Shown here one piece after another: positions 1 through 13,050 of a stretch of 64,000 bases of DNA (positions within the stretch are counted from its first letter, which is position 1; every line of letters begins with the position of its first letter). The stretch is from Octopus bimaculoides. Taxonomy: Eukaryota. The notes under the pieces are model-generated. The model was not told where the DNA came from, ran no database searches, and was given only the letters and a program-made list of their open reading frames with translations. The position numbers and the translations under genes were made by a program. Where the stretch lies: assembly GCF_001194135.2 (NCBI RefSeq), contig NC_068985.1, forward strand, positions 118,347,656 to 118,411,655, read 5' to 3'.

Positions 1-860
1 TAAAACATTACAATTTGGGAGGGAAAATTTTCTCTATGAAATATAAAGAGTACTTTTGTAATATATTTATGTTATATCTAGTTGGTGGCAAATTGGCAGA
101 ATTTTGATAGCATTGCATTGATTGCCTCATGGTATTTGTTCTGACTGTCTACATTCTGAGATCAAATCCCTCTGGATCAACTTTGCTTTTCATCCTTTTG
201 AGGTTGATAAAAAAAATACCAGTTCAGAGCAGTATTAATATTTGGTGAAACTGTAAATCAGGATGTCAAATTAAATGTTTTGTGGAATTTGTTCTGGTTC
301 TCTGTGTTCTGAGTCAAATTTCATCTAGGTGCCTAAAAAGTGCCCTTACCAACCTATAGAGTTAATATAGTAAGTAAGGCAAATTTTTAAAATAAAGGCC
401 AACACCAAATAGATAATACTGGATAGAGTTGAGGGAGAAGTGAATGAAATATCTAGTAACTGGAAAATACAATACAACTAATCTGAGCAACTACACCATC
501 TAAGAATGTTGGCTTTTTTATTGTCTATGAAGTAATAGAAAGTCTGCAACAGGACTGACCTGTGGATTGCTAGAATCAATGACCAGAATGCTTTGTGGTA
601 TTTAGTTATAGTCCTTTACATTCTGAATTATAGTTATTAAGTTATAGTCCTTTACATACCTTAGTCAACTTTGCCTGTCACACTCTAGAGTTGATAAAAT
701 AAAGTACCAGTCAAGTACTGAGGTTGATCTAATTGACTAACTCCTTTTCTCCAAATATTTGGCCTTATGTCTGTATTATAAATTATCTCTGAAGTAATAG
801 ATAGTCTCCATGGAACTAACCTAAATTGACATTCTATTTAAGAATATTTATTTATTATCT

Positions 861-1046
861 ACGTAAAAGCACCCACTACACTCTCTGAGTGGTTTATGTT
901 AGGAAGGGCATCCAGCTGTAGAAACTCTGCCAAATTGGATTCGAGCCTGGTGTTGCCATCCGGTTTCACCAGTCCTCAGTCAAATCGTCCAACCCATGCT
1001 AGCATGGAAAGCAGATGTTAAACGATGATGATGATGATGATGATGA
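861..1046 (+). mobile_element. 3' part of an RTE-tailed SINE ending in (GAT)n
   Basis: ...catgctagcatggaaagcagatgttaaac(gat)n; near-identical inverted copy at 3851-4036. Confidence 0.75.
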
Positions 1047-1152
1047 ATAGATATAATAAAGGAATGCCCATCAGGAAAAGCCTTAAAGTCTGAATATGTG
1101 TAATTTGTGTCATCTTTTTACATTTTCTGATAAAATTTATTTTGTTTTGCAG

Positions 1153-1269
1153 ATGGGCTTGTTAAGAAACTGGAAGAACTAGAAAAAACTGCTGAGATGT
1201 ACTGTGGCTTGATTGAACATGCTAAAAGGCTATTGAAAGCAACATTTGAACTATCTCAGTCATATAAAA
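1153..1269 (+). CDS. PICK1: PICK1 internal coding exon (BAR domain start: DGLVKKLEELEKTAEMYCGLIEHAKRLLKATFELSQSYK)
   Basis: Acceptor ttttgcAG at 1151-1152, donor GTAAGT at 1270; translation matches the PICK1 segment DGLVKRLEELERTAELYKG. Upstream PDZ exons are not in the window. Confidence 0.93.
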
Positions 1270-1969
1270 GTAAGTTTGCATCTAAAAACAAACCTCCTCA
1301 TAAATTAACATACACAAATAATTTTGGTAATTAATTATATTTGTACTATTGATAGGCATGAAGCAGAGAAATAAAATAATTTGCCATTTAAGAATACAAT
1401 TAAAGTATATTGATGTAGAATTATAGATCAGTAAAACTGATAAATTGGATCAACAATGAAGAGGCAGGGGAAAATAACCTTCATTTATTCTTTTCTTACT
1501 TTCTTTTTCTCTACTCCTTCACCCTGTCTCACATGCACACATACAGTCTGATGCTTGATAATATAGTGATAAGTATTCCTGCCTATCATAAAGAAGACAG
1601 AGTTGTGCCTACAACCTTCTCAGGCTTTCCAAGACCAGTGAGATTGACATTGTTGATATTCTTCATGAGTAAGTGCAAGTTGACAGTATAGGGATGGAAT
1701 TCCCTTCTGGTGAGAAAGGTCTGGAGTGAGTGATTAGTGGAACAGAGACAAGGGAATCAGGTGAGCTTGAGTGAAGATGGTATGAGATCAGCCAACTGTG
1801 AAGAGTTGTAGCAAGAGAGGAAGAGTGAGGGGACAGTATAGCCATGGGCTGGAAGTTGGAGTGTGTGAATGGACATGGGTATGCTCAAAGAAGGGCGACC
1901 TGGGGCTAAATAACAATAACAACTAAACTTGTTTTGGATATTTTAAATATTTCAATTATCTTGTTTTAG

Positions 1970-2103
1970 CCTTTGGAGATGTCTTTGTTGGCATTGGAGT
2001 GAGGGAGCCTCAGCCCAGAGCCAGTGAGGCATTTTCAAAATTTGGTGAAGCTCACCGTGACATGGAGAAGTTTGCAATAAAAATGATACGAACAGTCAAA
2101 CCT
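1970..2103 (+). CDS. PICK1: PICK1 coding exon (TFGDVFVGIGVREPQPRASEAFSKFGEAHRDMEKFAIKMIRTVKP)
   Basis: AG 1968-1969, GTAAGT at 2104; phase continues from the previous exon (A+CC = Thr); matches PICK1 AFGDVFSVIGVREPQPAASEAF and keeps the FGDVF (FxDxF) motif. Confidence 0.95.
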
Positions 2104-2887
2104 GTAAGTGGCAGTGATTTATTTTTTAAAGATTTCATCTTTTTTATTATTTTACATCAACTGTTTTAGAATTGACATGTTTCATGTATTGTTAGAATGA
2201 GTATTTTTAGCTTTCTCTAATATATCTTGACCTGTTGATCATTGACTTACAGCTGAAGAATTTGTCTTCATGAAATTAAAACAAGCTAGCTTGGCAGAGC
2301 CTATCTTATATGTAATTAATCCCAGCTAATTCATTAATTTTTGTGATACCACTCATAAGAGCAGTGAATTGGTTCTATCTTGTGACACCTCCTTACAAGT
2401 AAATGGACTATGCTATTTAGAATCAAGTGTCATGGTTATGAATATGATACAGGAACCTTGTGCATAATCCAAACTATTAACCTTATTCAATATTAAGTAC
2501 TTAATTATAAAATGGAACCAATCTGGTCCACAACTAATCTGCATTCAATATGTGCTTCATTATCTTCTTTAGTTATTTTCTTGACTAGTAAAGGGTCATG
2601 CTGTAATGATTCAACTGTTGACTTTAACTTACTTGCTCAGTCTTAAAACATGGTAGTTAGATAGCGATTTATATTAAACCAACATTAAATGTTGATTAAA
2701 GAATTTTTATGTAATTATTGTGACTTGTAGTAGCTGTAGTTTTATTCATTAGCCGTTTTCTGTCGTAGCCTTTTCTTGTAACATTATAAAAATGTTTGAA
2801 AATGCTATGTACTATTGATACTTTGTTGTTCATCATATTTATATATCTTCTTGATACATATAATATCTATTAATTATTGTTTTATAG

Positions 2888-2980
2888 ATGATTTGTGACT
2901 TACACACCTTTCTCAACAAGGCAGTACCAGATACTCGTCTTACAATCAAGAAGTATCTAGACTCTAAATTTGAATATTTG
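2888..2980 (+). CDS. PICK1: PICK1 coding exon (MICDLHTFLNKAVPDTRLTIKKYLDSKFEYL)
   Basis: tttatAG acceptor, GTAAGT at 2981, phase 0/0; matches MLTDLNTYLNKAIPDTRLTIKKYLDVKFEYL. Confidence 0.95.
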
Positions 2981-3152
2981 GTAAGTCTCTGGAGTTTAAT
3001 CTACTCATTTATAGTTATATCTACTGAATATTTGGTAAGTCTCTGGAGTTTAATCTACTCATTTATAGTTATATCTACTGAATATTTGGTAAGTCTCTGG
3101 AGTTTAATCTACTCATTTATAGTTATATCTACTGAATATTTGGTAAGTCTCT
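2971..3152 (+). repeat. 54-bp tandem repeat (3.4 copies) spanning a PICK1 exon/intron junction
   Basis: Unit gaatatttggtaagtctctggagtttaatctactcatttatagttatatctact is repeated perfectly; GT donors at 2981, 3035, 3089, 3143. Confidence 0.95.
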
Positions 3153-3850
3153 TGTTTATTTTCTAAATTAAAGTAATTCTATGTTTGAGTACAATTAGAT
3201 CTGATATGTGGATTTACATCACAGATGTTTTACACATGCTGTATGTGCATTTTTTTACAGTTATATCATGTTTTTGTTTCTGGAAAATCTCATTAAATCA
3301 ATGACTAAGTTAATCAAACATAGATTAGGTGTTTATTACCCCATGCAGGTTTATGTAGTCAATAAAAGATAACTGCATTTTTTTTTTTTTTGTTTTCGGC
3401 ATTCAAATTTGCAACAACTTACTGACAGAGTCTTTAAAAACCCATAAAAAACTGGTTTACCCTGAAGACCAAAATAGTCATTAAATATAAGTTACATAGC
3501 TGTGAATTTGTAAAAGAAAAGATCAATTATTTTTCTCAGTAAATTCATATGTACTTGTAATTCCCCTATGATACCAAAAGGGTTTCCCATGCCTGATCTA
3601 CAGTGTTTCACTTTACATCATGAATGCCTTTCAGAAGAGTATCAGAACAGCCAAGATGCAGTACGGACAGTATAATTCAGACTGTTTAATATCAAGTCCG
3701 CAACTCAGCATTATGCATATCTGTATTGTTGATGAATAAAGGAGATTATATCACTTGTACAAGGATGAACAAAGGAGATTAGATCATGTAAGTAGGTATT
3801 TGCATGCGAATACCTACCTACAGGACTTAACAGAAATATGGCTTATAACT

Positions 3851-4315
3851 TCATCATCATCATCATCATCATCGTTTAACGTCCGCTTTCCATGCTAGCA
3901 TGGGTTGGACGATTTGACTGAGGACTGGTGAAACCGGATGGCAACACCAGGCTCCAGTCTGATTTGGCAGAGTTTCTACAGCTGGATGCCCTTCCTAACG
4001 CCAACCACTCAGAGAGTGTAGTGGGTGCTTTTACGTGTCACCCGCACGAAAACGGCCACGCTCGAAATGGTGTCTTTTATGTGCCACCCGCACAAGCCAG
4101 TCCAGGGGCACTGGCAACGATCTCGCTCGAAAATCCTACAGGAGCCAGTCAGGCGGTACTGGCAACGGCCACGCTCAAAATGGTGCATCTCATGTGCCAC
4201 CCGCACAAGAACCAGTCCAGGGGCACTGGCAACGATCTTACTTGGCTTGCCGGGTCTTCTCACGCACAGCCCATTTCCAAAGGTCTCGGTCCGTAGTCAT
4301 CGCCTCGGTCAGTTA
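3851..4315 (-). mobile_element. RTE-tailed SINE-like element with (CAT)n tail and internal subrepeats
   Basis: Reverse complement of 861-1046 plus repeated ccacccgcacaag..ccagtccaggggcactggcaacg units. Confidence 0.75.
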
Positions 4316-4834
4316 TTAATGTTCTTATAGAGATTGATGATGTTTATATTCTTTAAATCATTGGAGTTGCAGCATTTGTCCCAACACTGGTAAAAACTAA
4401 TGTTAATGTATGTGTCTGTGGCAGCTTCATAACCTTTTCAATCATAGAAGTGCCATTTCATGGAGGACAAATAAACTTACAAGAGTGGCCGATCCTTCTC
4501 TAATAGACACAATGCTTTGTCAGTAATAGTATATTCCTGGGATAATTGTTTAGTACCCTGTTAATGTAACCATTAGCTCCGTATCCTGAAGACATAGTCA
4601 TTAACATAATACCCTATTGATGAAACAATTAGCACAGTACCCTATTGATGTAACCATTAACACAATACTCTTTTAATGTAGCCATTAGCACTCTGGTATT
4701 AGAAGTAGGTGAAGTTAAGTACCTCAACTGGAAATTAAAGCTTTATTGTAGACTTGACTTTCAGAGAGTTTATTAACACTGTATTGTACTTCCACCTTAG
4801 CAAAATGACTGGTTAACATGTATTTTTTATGTAG

Positions 4835-4935
4835 TCATACTGTCTTAAGCTGAAAGAAATGGATGATGAAGAATACAGTTACGCTGCTCTTCAAGAACCA
4901 CTTTACCGAGTTGAAACTGGCAATTATGAATATAG
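4835..4935 (+). CDS. PICK1: PICK1 coding exon (SYCLKLKEMDDEEYSYAALQEPLYRVETGNYEYR)
   Basis: AG 4833-4834, GTAAGA at 4936; matches SYCLKVKEMDDEEYSCIALGEPLYRVSTGNYEYR. Confidence 0.95.
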
Positions 4936-5109
4936 GTAAGATTTCAGTTTATTTTTATCTTGCTATTTTACATTCTTCCATCTTATTTAAGACAGTGGAT
5001 AGAAGAATTATTAGAACATTGTATGAAATATCTTGCAATAATTAGATGCAAACTTTCTCCTGAGATAACTACTAAAATCCAGAACATTTGGTAGCTCAAG
5101 CTGGTTGTA

Positions 5110-5770
5110 GGCCTGTGCACCACCGTGAATTATGGGAAGAAAACTCCAGAATTTACCAACTCACTCCACGACACTAACCTTAAGAAGTTTTGGGTAAATG
5201 TCACTATATTGTTATGGTCAACAATGATCTGCGTTGGCTGAGCCATATTTCTAAAATTGGCAAAAAGACTGAACGTATCCTAGCATTACTCAGTAACACC
5301 TTTGTCAGCTACTCACCAGCTATCTATTTAAAGCTATATATGGTTATGGTATGTCCACATTTTGAGTTTGCATCTCCAGTCTGGAACCCCTATCTTGTCC
5401 AGAATATCAGTCTACTACAAGCTGACCAGAGACGTGCAACTCGACTAATACTCTCTTTTAGTCACTCACCATATCTTGAATGTACTGCCTCTGGGCATCA
5501 ACATGCTAAAGTTTCAATGTCTAGCAGCTACCTGGAAGGATCTCTCAAGATTATCCACCATCTTTCTAACAATAACTTTGGCCCCTTTTTCAATTCAATC
5601 ACTCATGGACGTGTTTATAAAATAAAAAACAGTGCAGTACCCATGACTTTCAGCAACGTTGTTTCATGCTGTATTTCTTTACTTGGCTTATGTAGCTGCT
5701 TTCTGTTCCCACTTTTAACTTTTTCTGATGAATTGTAGTGCACTTGAGCACTATGTACAATAAGTTTATT
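5110..5770 (+). mobile_element. Decayed CR1/Jockey-type LINE 3' fragment (RT C-terminus)
   Basis: ORF 5190-5738 contains LY..MV.PH.EFASPVWNPYL..NI..L...QRRATRLI, the typical CR1/L2 RT tail. Confidence 0.7.
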
Positions 5771-5875
5771 ATCACATTTTACCACTGACAGCAATGCAAC
5801 CTTGTAGAACCTCTACTGTTGGTAATTGACTTAATCCCTTACCCCAAATTTCAGGCTTTGTGTTTCTAGTAGAAG

Positions 5876-5880
5876 AATTA

Positions 5881-5960
<80 letters not shown>
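5876..5960 (+). repeat. (TTA)n microsatellite just upstream of a PICK1 splice acceptor
   Basis: Pure TTA run ending about 24 nt before the AG at 5983. Confidence 0.9.
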
Positions 5961-5984
5961 TCTCCTTTAACTCAATATCATTAG

Positions 5985-6079
5985 ATTGATCCTGAGATGT
6001 CGCCAAGATGCTAGGACACGTTTTGCTAAAATGCGCTCAGATGTTTTGGTCAAGATAGAATTATTGGATCAGAAACATG
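5985..6079 (+). CDS. PICK1: PICK1 coding exon (LILRCRQDARTRFAKMRSDVLVKIELLDQKH)
   Basis: AG 5983-5984, GTATGT at 6080; phases fit both neighbours; matches LILRCRQEARARFSQMRKDVLEKMELLDQKH. Confidence 0.95.
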
Positions 6080-6982
6080 GTATGTGATTTAAAAGAAATT
6101 TTTTTTTCCAAATTTATTCTTCTACTCCTGAATTGTTTCATAAAAAATCAAATACAGTAAGATGAAATTAAATAACCTGAATGGATGATTCAGCTTTTAT
6201 TTCTAGCTGATATTCTTCAGCAACAGATATTCCCCAATTTACAAGACACAATCTAACCAGTTTAGGTTGCAAACATTCAGGGATGATTATAAGTGTATGT
6301 TGTTCCTGTCAATATAGCCACTTGTTATTGTAGGTGGATCCTCTATTTGACACCTGCAAGTGTTTCACAAATGTGTGTGTATATATTTATGTGGGCATAG
6401 CTGTGTGATAAGAAGTTTGCTTCCCAACCACATGGTTCTGGGTTCAGTCCTGGCACCTTGAGTAAGTGTCTTCTACTATAGCCTCTGGCCAACCAAAGCC
6501 TTGTGAGTGGANNNNNNNNNNTGGTACAGTATTATATATTTGAAAAAATGAATAGAAATGGCTTTTCTGATCATTTTCTCACTTTAATAATTAGGTGTTT
6601 AAACTTATAACCATCTAAATATTAAAGTGGAAAAATTTTCAGAAAAGCCATTTCTATTCATTTAAAAAATATATATATATGTGTGTGTGTGCGTGTGTGT
6701 GTTTGTTACCCACCTTTTGCTTGACAAATGGTGTTGGTTTGTGTTTACATCCCTGTAACTTAGTGGCTCAGCAAAAGAAACTTATAGAATAGGTACCGGG
6801 CTTAAAAAACAATAAGTATTGGGGTTGATTTGTTCAACTAAAGTACTTCAAGGCCGTGTCTCAGCATGGCTGTAATCTAATGACTGAAACAAATAAAAAA
6901 ATAAAAGATACATACACACACACATGTGCGCACAAATACTAATGTATCCATAAACCAAATGTTTTTGTTTTTTATCTAATAG

Positions 6983-7248
6983 TGCAAGACATTGTATTTC
7001 AACTGCAGCGATTTGTATCAGCCATGTCTAAATATCACAGTGACTGCCATTCAGTAATGAAAGAAGCTGTAGTTTTCCCAATTGAAGTTGATTTATCTCG
7101 CAGCACTCTGACATATGACCATTCCAATGACTTTAACGATGATGATGGAGATGAAATTGAAGAAGGTGAAGAAGCAATGGCAGATAGATTGAACACTGAG
7201 CCTGTTGACAACAATACTGGCCTAATTGACCTCATGACTGCTGACTAA
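6983..7248 (+). CDS. PICK1: PICK1 terminal coding exon (VQDIVFQLQRFVSAMSKY...FPIEVDL...acidic tail...GLIDLMTAD*)
   Basis: AG 6981-6982, stop TAA ends 7248; matches VQDIVFQLQRL and VFPIEVDL; acidic tract DFNDDDGDEIEEGEE. Confidence 0.95.
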
Positions 7249-7460
7249 TCAGCAAATTTTTCCCTGTATCTTTTAAAAAATTTTAATATATTATGAAGGC
7301 CTAATTTTTAGTTGTTATTGTTGTACATATTTATACAACAAAACAGAAGTTAATTCAGTATGAATTAAATATTTAAGTATTTGTATAGTTTGTGTCCAAA
7401 ATGACACTAAGATTTTGTGATATTATTTCTTTGTTGAGACACTACAAATTTATATGAATC

Positions 7461-7477
7461 ATTAAAGAAAAAATAAA
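7461..7477 (+). promoter_or_regulatory. Candidate PICK1 polyadenylation signals (ATTAAA 7461-7466, AATAAA 7472-7477)
   Basis: Hexamers about 215-225 nt after the stop, followed by T-rich sequence; such motifs are common by chance in AT-rich DNA. Confidence 0.4.
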
Positions 7478-8479
7478 TGTTTGAAAAAATTTATTTAAAA
7501 GTTGTCCAGTTATTTATTTCTCAATGCCTGTCAAATAGTATTAAAGATCTAATTTTTTTCTTGAGAAAAGGATCAAATTTAAATTAAACCTTTTTCTTTT
7601 GAGGGTCAAATCTTTTGTTGAAAAATTTCTTACAGTTGTCCTAATTGTATTTTTGGTGGAAAATTACCTGTTTTCTGCTTATCCCCATTCAATCTAGATA
7701 TCCACTGTGCTTACAATTATTCTATGTAGAGTTATTATGAGTACATATGTCTGCATACTGAAAAGGAATTAAGCTGGTGATGTATTTCTATCCAAATAAC
7801 AACTGAACTAGGGATAAGATTAAAGGCAGTGAATTGGCAGAATCATAAGTTTAGGACAAAATGGCTTGCAATGTTTGTTCTGGGTGGGGTGGGTAGGTCA
7901 ATAGAATAAAGTATCCACCCAAATGAATTGAGAAATTGTAAGAGCTTTGAACTAGATGCCTTGGGCTAATTGTTTGAACACTTAGTGTTCTGAGTTCTTC
8001 AGTGGCAGTCTTAATCCATTACCAGTTTAGCACCACTTCCTGATCTTAGAGCAACTATAACAGAATTCACATTATTGCAAGTATTCAAACCAGATGTTTA
8101 GTTTGAAGATAACTTTCTGCTTTTCTTCCATCGCTTTCAAAGGTTCTGAAAAAAAAGTAGTAGATTTGACTAAACAGTAAAAACAGGCAACCTCAAAAAT
8201 CTGATGATAATGTGATACAGCAGATTTCAAGTATAATTTGAATTGTAAAAGAGATAAGTGGACACATTTTAACTTCATCACTTGTCTGACGTTTTATTCC
8301 TCATGGAGGATATGAATAACACAAGCCATCAAAATAACCATCAACCTTGGCATTTATGTACATCTAGTGGGCCCCGCCTTCTATCAAACACCTAACTGCC
8401 TTTTTCTGTTCTCTCTAATACTTCTTGGGTTACATCTCAATTTCTTCCCCTCTTTTTCTAGTCACGTCTCCTCCTTTAC

Positions 8480-9050
8480 TTACCTTCTGTATTGTGTGTA
8501 ACCACCTTGCTTCTTTGGATATGGACTTGTGAGAGCATCAAATAAAATGCTTTGCAATATTTGTTCTATATTGTCATCTCCCTTGTGAACTCAGCATCCT
8601 AAGATCAGCTTTCACTTCTGCACATAACTTCCTTGGTCTTCCTCTTTTATTGTTTCTGTTCACATAGATCTCCAGGCATTTCTTTACCAATCTGTCCTCT
8701 CACACACACACACACATGTGCATATGAATGCAGTTGTCTCTCTTGAACACTACATCTGATTCTTCTTATATCTGGTTTTTGTCTGAGCTGGTCTGTGCCC
8801 TGTTGTTCATGCTCTTTAACACCAGATTTCCAACAGCATGCTTGCTTCATATATTTTCAGCCATCACACATCCTTTGTGTTGAGTGCCCATGTCTCATTA
8901 TCATACAACATTGCAGTTCAGAGCCAAGCATTGTACAATCTATTCTTCATTTAAAGAGAGGACTCCTTCCAGAGATGAGGAAATAATCAGCTGATGGCAA
9001 TTGAGACAAACTCCAAATGAGAAGAGAAGATAATCTCAAGAATTAAGTAT
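8480..9050 (-). mobile_element. Decayed RTE-clade LINE 3' fragment
   Basis: Minus strand reads, with stops and shifts, RLYNA..TAMLY.NETWALNTKDV..LKIYEASML...LRQKPDIRRIRCSVQERQL..YAHV, resembling the RTE RT tail. Confidence 0.7.
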
Positions 9051-10501
9051 GATCTAACATTAACATATCATTTACGAAAAGACAGTCTGATTTCTGGAGA
9101 CAAAAAGGCAGCATGAGCACTAATTGTCCTACCTTATCTTCTGCAGACAGATACACAAAAAGAGTAGGGTGAAACAAACAAAGAGTAAAAGGAAACAAAA
9201 ATGAGCTAAGAGAAAAAAACTTAGTTGGGCCAGTGACATGTACTTGAACAACAAAGACAAGTATATTAAATTAAGGTAATCTTGATTCTTATCTTCCCTT
9301 CACATTTGGAGTGAGTTCTAAATGCCACTAAGCATGAAGGTGGTTAATGTGTTCAGCTCATAATGATAAAGTTGTTAGTTCAATTCCTGAACCAGGCACT
9401 TCATTTCACATTGATCCAGTCAACTCAGTATCACCCACTGCTGGTGCACCCCCTCTCCTGCCAAATGCCATATCCTTCATATTCTGTTGGGTTAAGGGGG
9501 TGAATGTAAACAGATATGCTGGAAGGTGTTTGTGTTTGCTTGCAACTGTATAGTCACCTAAAACAAATTAGTGATAACATGGTACATATGGTCAAGCCAT
9601 ACCTACCCAAGAGTGATGGCTGGCTATATTGTAATAATGATTCAAGAATAAAAGAATTCTTTCCTTTATACTGAAGCACCACCGTTCTTGAAACTATCAC
9701 AAGATTTAAAAAATAAATCTATGTTTATATTATCAACACTATTTTTATTGCTATATACAATAAATAATTAAAAATGATATATTATTTATAGATACAACTG
9801 TTAAAAGATAATTCCGTCATGGTCGACTTTGCCTTTCACCCTTTGGGGGTTGATAAAGTACCAGTTTTTCCCTGAGATCGATATAATCGACTTACCCCGT
9901 CCCCCCAAATTGTCGGCCTTGAGCCAAAATTTGAAATCAATACGTAAATGTATTAAGGGCTCAGTTACTTACTGTTCCTTATTTTATATTGTTATTTTTT
10001 TAGATACGGAGTATAGGGATATTTGAGGATTCTTCAATATCAGTATATTACTCTCTTCAAAATAGTTAAAAGGTTTTTTTTTATTTAGGATGGAAGACAT
10101 TCCAACCATAACCATCCCATCTTTTTATCTCTTTTCTTCAATACAGTGTGTTTATAATAATACTTAAATTTTTTAAAGTCGTAGAATGTGATCAGAGATT
10201 TCATTGTTATTTCTAGCAGGCGAGCCTCTAAGTTGATGCCGAGTGACATAAGGGACATAACTCTATGTTACATCATTGTTGCTTGTAAAAACAAAATAAA
10301 CAATCTTTTTTAAACAAGTTTCTTTCATTTACTTTCTTCGTTTCATCTAAATTTATTTAAGGTACACCCTCGTATATATTTCCTCGTTTGGCTTGTAGGC
10401 AGCTTAAACTCATGGGCCTCGGGGCGCCGCCCCGGCTGATCCCTCCTCTCAGTGGGAATATAATTGCAGCGTGGAAGGTGTTTATAAGCCATTAAAAAAA
10501 A

Positions 10502-10620
10502 ACCCGTTAGATTCACTTCAGCATTTAAATTTAATTTGCCATAATATTTTCGTCGCGGTCTAAAAGTGACGAAAATATTTTGGCAAATTAAATTTAAATG
10601 TTGAAGTGAATCTAACGGTT
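10502..10620. mobile_element. Palindromic MITE-like hairpin
   Basis: ccgttagattcacttcagcatttaaatttaatttgcc pairs with ggcaaattaaatttaaatgttgaagtgaatctaacgg. Confidence 0.7.
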
Positions 10621-11871
10621 GATCAATGGGGTGGGGTGGGTGAAATTTCCGAGGCTTCCACCTCACCCCACTCCGTTTTTCGGACCCCACCAAAAGGGTT
10701 TTGTAGCATATCAGGATGTCACAGGAATTCATTCAACGAAAAAAAAATTTCCAATGATTCCGAGATGAGGTGGGGGGTCTCCCCTTTCGTCCCCCACCTT
10801 TTCCGAACAAAACAAGGGATTTGCAGCATATTGGGAGGTCAGGGTACTTGATTCCACGCAAAAAATCCGAGTTTTTTTTTTTTGGTTTTTTTTTTGCTTA
10901 GTGAAAATCGTGCGGTTGTTACATGAAAATTTACCGTTTTATATTATGAAGATAATATATTAATTCTTAAAATGTCCTAATTGTAGCTCCCAGATAACAA
11001 TTCACACACACACACACACGCACACAGATATCAGCAGACTGTATGTTACACATAGATACCAATATACACATTCAGCTATTGTTTCTCGCACCCTCCCCCA
11101 CACACACACGTACACATACACACAGAGTCTCTCATACAGCTACGCGCACACACAAACACACACTCAGTTTCATAGTTACGCGCGCACTGTCCCTACAGTT
11201 GCGCGCGCGCACACACACACACTCCTCATGACTCACAGTTACGCGCACACTCACAGTAACGCGCGCGCACATACACACAGTCTCATACAGTTACGCGTAC
11301 GCACACAAACACAGTCTCATTCAGTTACGCGCACACACACACACACATACACACACTCACACAGATAACAGCAGACAATCAGCGTCATATTCTACATTTT
11401 TTAATTTTTATTGGAACGCTAACGTTGAGGAAGGAGGAAGATATAGCGACTAATTATAGCGGACTGACATGTCAGTCTTGCCAAACCAATTTTATTAATA
11501 TAGATTTATTAATTTAGATTAAAAACTTCCTGAATTATAAACTCTGAAAGAAAAGATACTGAAATGCCACACACATAAACTACATAATCACAGATAAATT
11601 ATGCATTAATAAAAGTTGAATCGACATGTCCTCAATCAGGAATCGAAACCGATTTGCTGTGTTGGCTAAGTAGTAGTAGCACACATCTAATTCACAAGCA
11701 ATAATTATATTTTGTTTATATATTTATTTTGCAAAATTCCTGATGTGAAATCGTGTGTTGAAACAGATATTGCTACATTTGAGGATGGTCATATTTTGCC
11801 AGATAAACATATGCACTATATACTTGGTCTTCATGTCAGCTTTATTATTCTTATTTTAGTGCCCTTAGCTC

Positions 11872-11958
<87 letters not shown>

Positions 11959-12620
11959 NNNNNNNNNNNNNNNNNNNNNNNNNNNNNNNNNNNNNNNNNN
12001 NNNNNNNNNNNNNNNNNNNNNNNNNNNNNNNNNNNNNNNNNNNNNNNNNNNNNNNNNNNNNNNNNNNNNNNNNNNNNNNNNNNNNNNNNNNNNNNNNNNN
12101 NNNNNNNNNNNNNNNNNNNNNNNNNNNNNNNNNNNNNNNNNNNNNNNNNNNNNNNNNNNNNNNNNNNNNNNNNNNNNNNNNNNNNNNNNNNNNNNNNNNN
12201 NNNNNNNNNNNNNNNNNNNNNNNNNNNNNNNNNNNNNNNNNNNNNNNNNNNNNNNNNNNNNNNNNNNNNNNNNNNNNNNNNNNNNNNNNNNNNNNNNNNN
12301 NNNNNNNNNNNNNNNNNNNNNNNNNNNNNNNNNNNNNNNNNNNNNNNNNNNNNNNNNNNNNNNNNNNNNNNNNNNNNNNNNNNNNNNNNNNNNNNNNNNN
12401 NNNNNNNNNNNNNNNNNNNNNNNNNNNNNNNNNNNNNNNNNNNNNNNNNNNNNNNNNNNNNNNNNNNNNNNNNNNNNNNNNNNNNNNNNNNNNNNNNNNN
12501 NNNNNNNNNNNNNNNNNNNNNNNNNNNNNNNNNNNNNNNNNNNNNNNNNNNNNNNNNNNNNNNNNNNNNNNNNNNNNNNNNNNNNNNNNNNNNNNNNNNN
12601 NNNNNNNNNNNNNNNNNNNN

Positions 12621-12683
<63 letters not shown>

Positions 12684-12692
12684 GTTATTGTT

Positions 12693-12782
<90 letters not shown>

Positions 12783-13050
12783 TAAAAAAAAAAAAAAATA
12801 AAAAAGCTGAAGGGAAGACCAAGTATATAGTGTGTGTGTTTAATTGACAAAAAAATTAACATCCCCAAGTATAACTTGCAATCAGCATTCTACAAGTAAG
12901 TTTTATCGTCCATAAATGACTTTTGCTGTTTCACTGTTAAACCGACATCACATTAATATTCGATTTGTTTTGAAAATATGAACTCATAGAAAAGTGGAGA
13001 GTAAATAAATATATTATATTTCTTAGAAAAATTGAAAAAAAAAAAAAAAA

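Noticed and set aside
2971-3152. CRISPR-like regular repeat
   Set aside because: Tandem units without unique spacers, in a eukaryotic intron.
3928-4330. Overlapping 84-122 aa ORFs
   Set aside because: Lie inside a SINE with internal subrepeats, in a PICK1 intron.
4554-4692. Degenerate ~28-bp minisatellite in a PICK1 intron
   Set aside because: Ordinary decayed tandem repeat, far from splice sites.
11831-12868. Long ORFs through N gaps and poly-L/T/Y tracts (also 25946, 27401, 33613, 54336-55495)
   Set aside because: Made of N runs and microsatellites; no coding signal.
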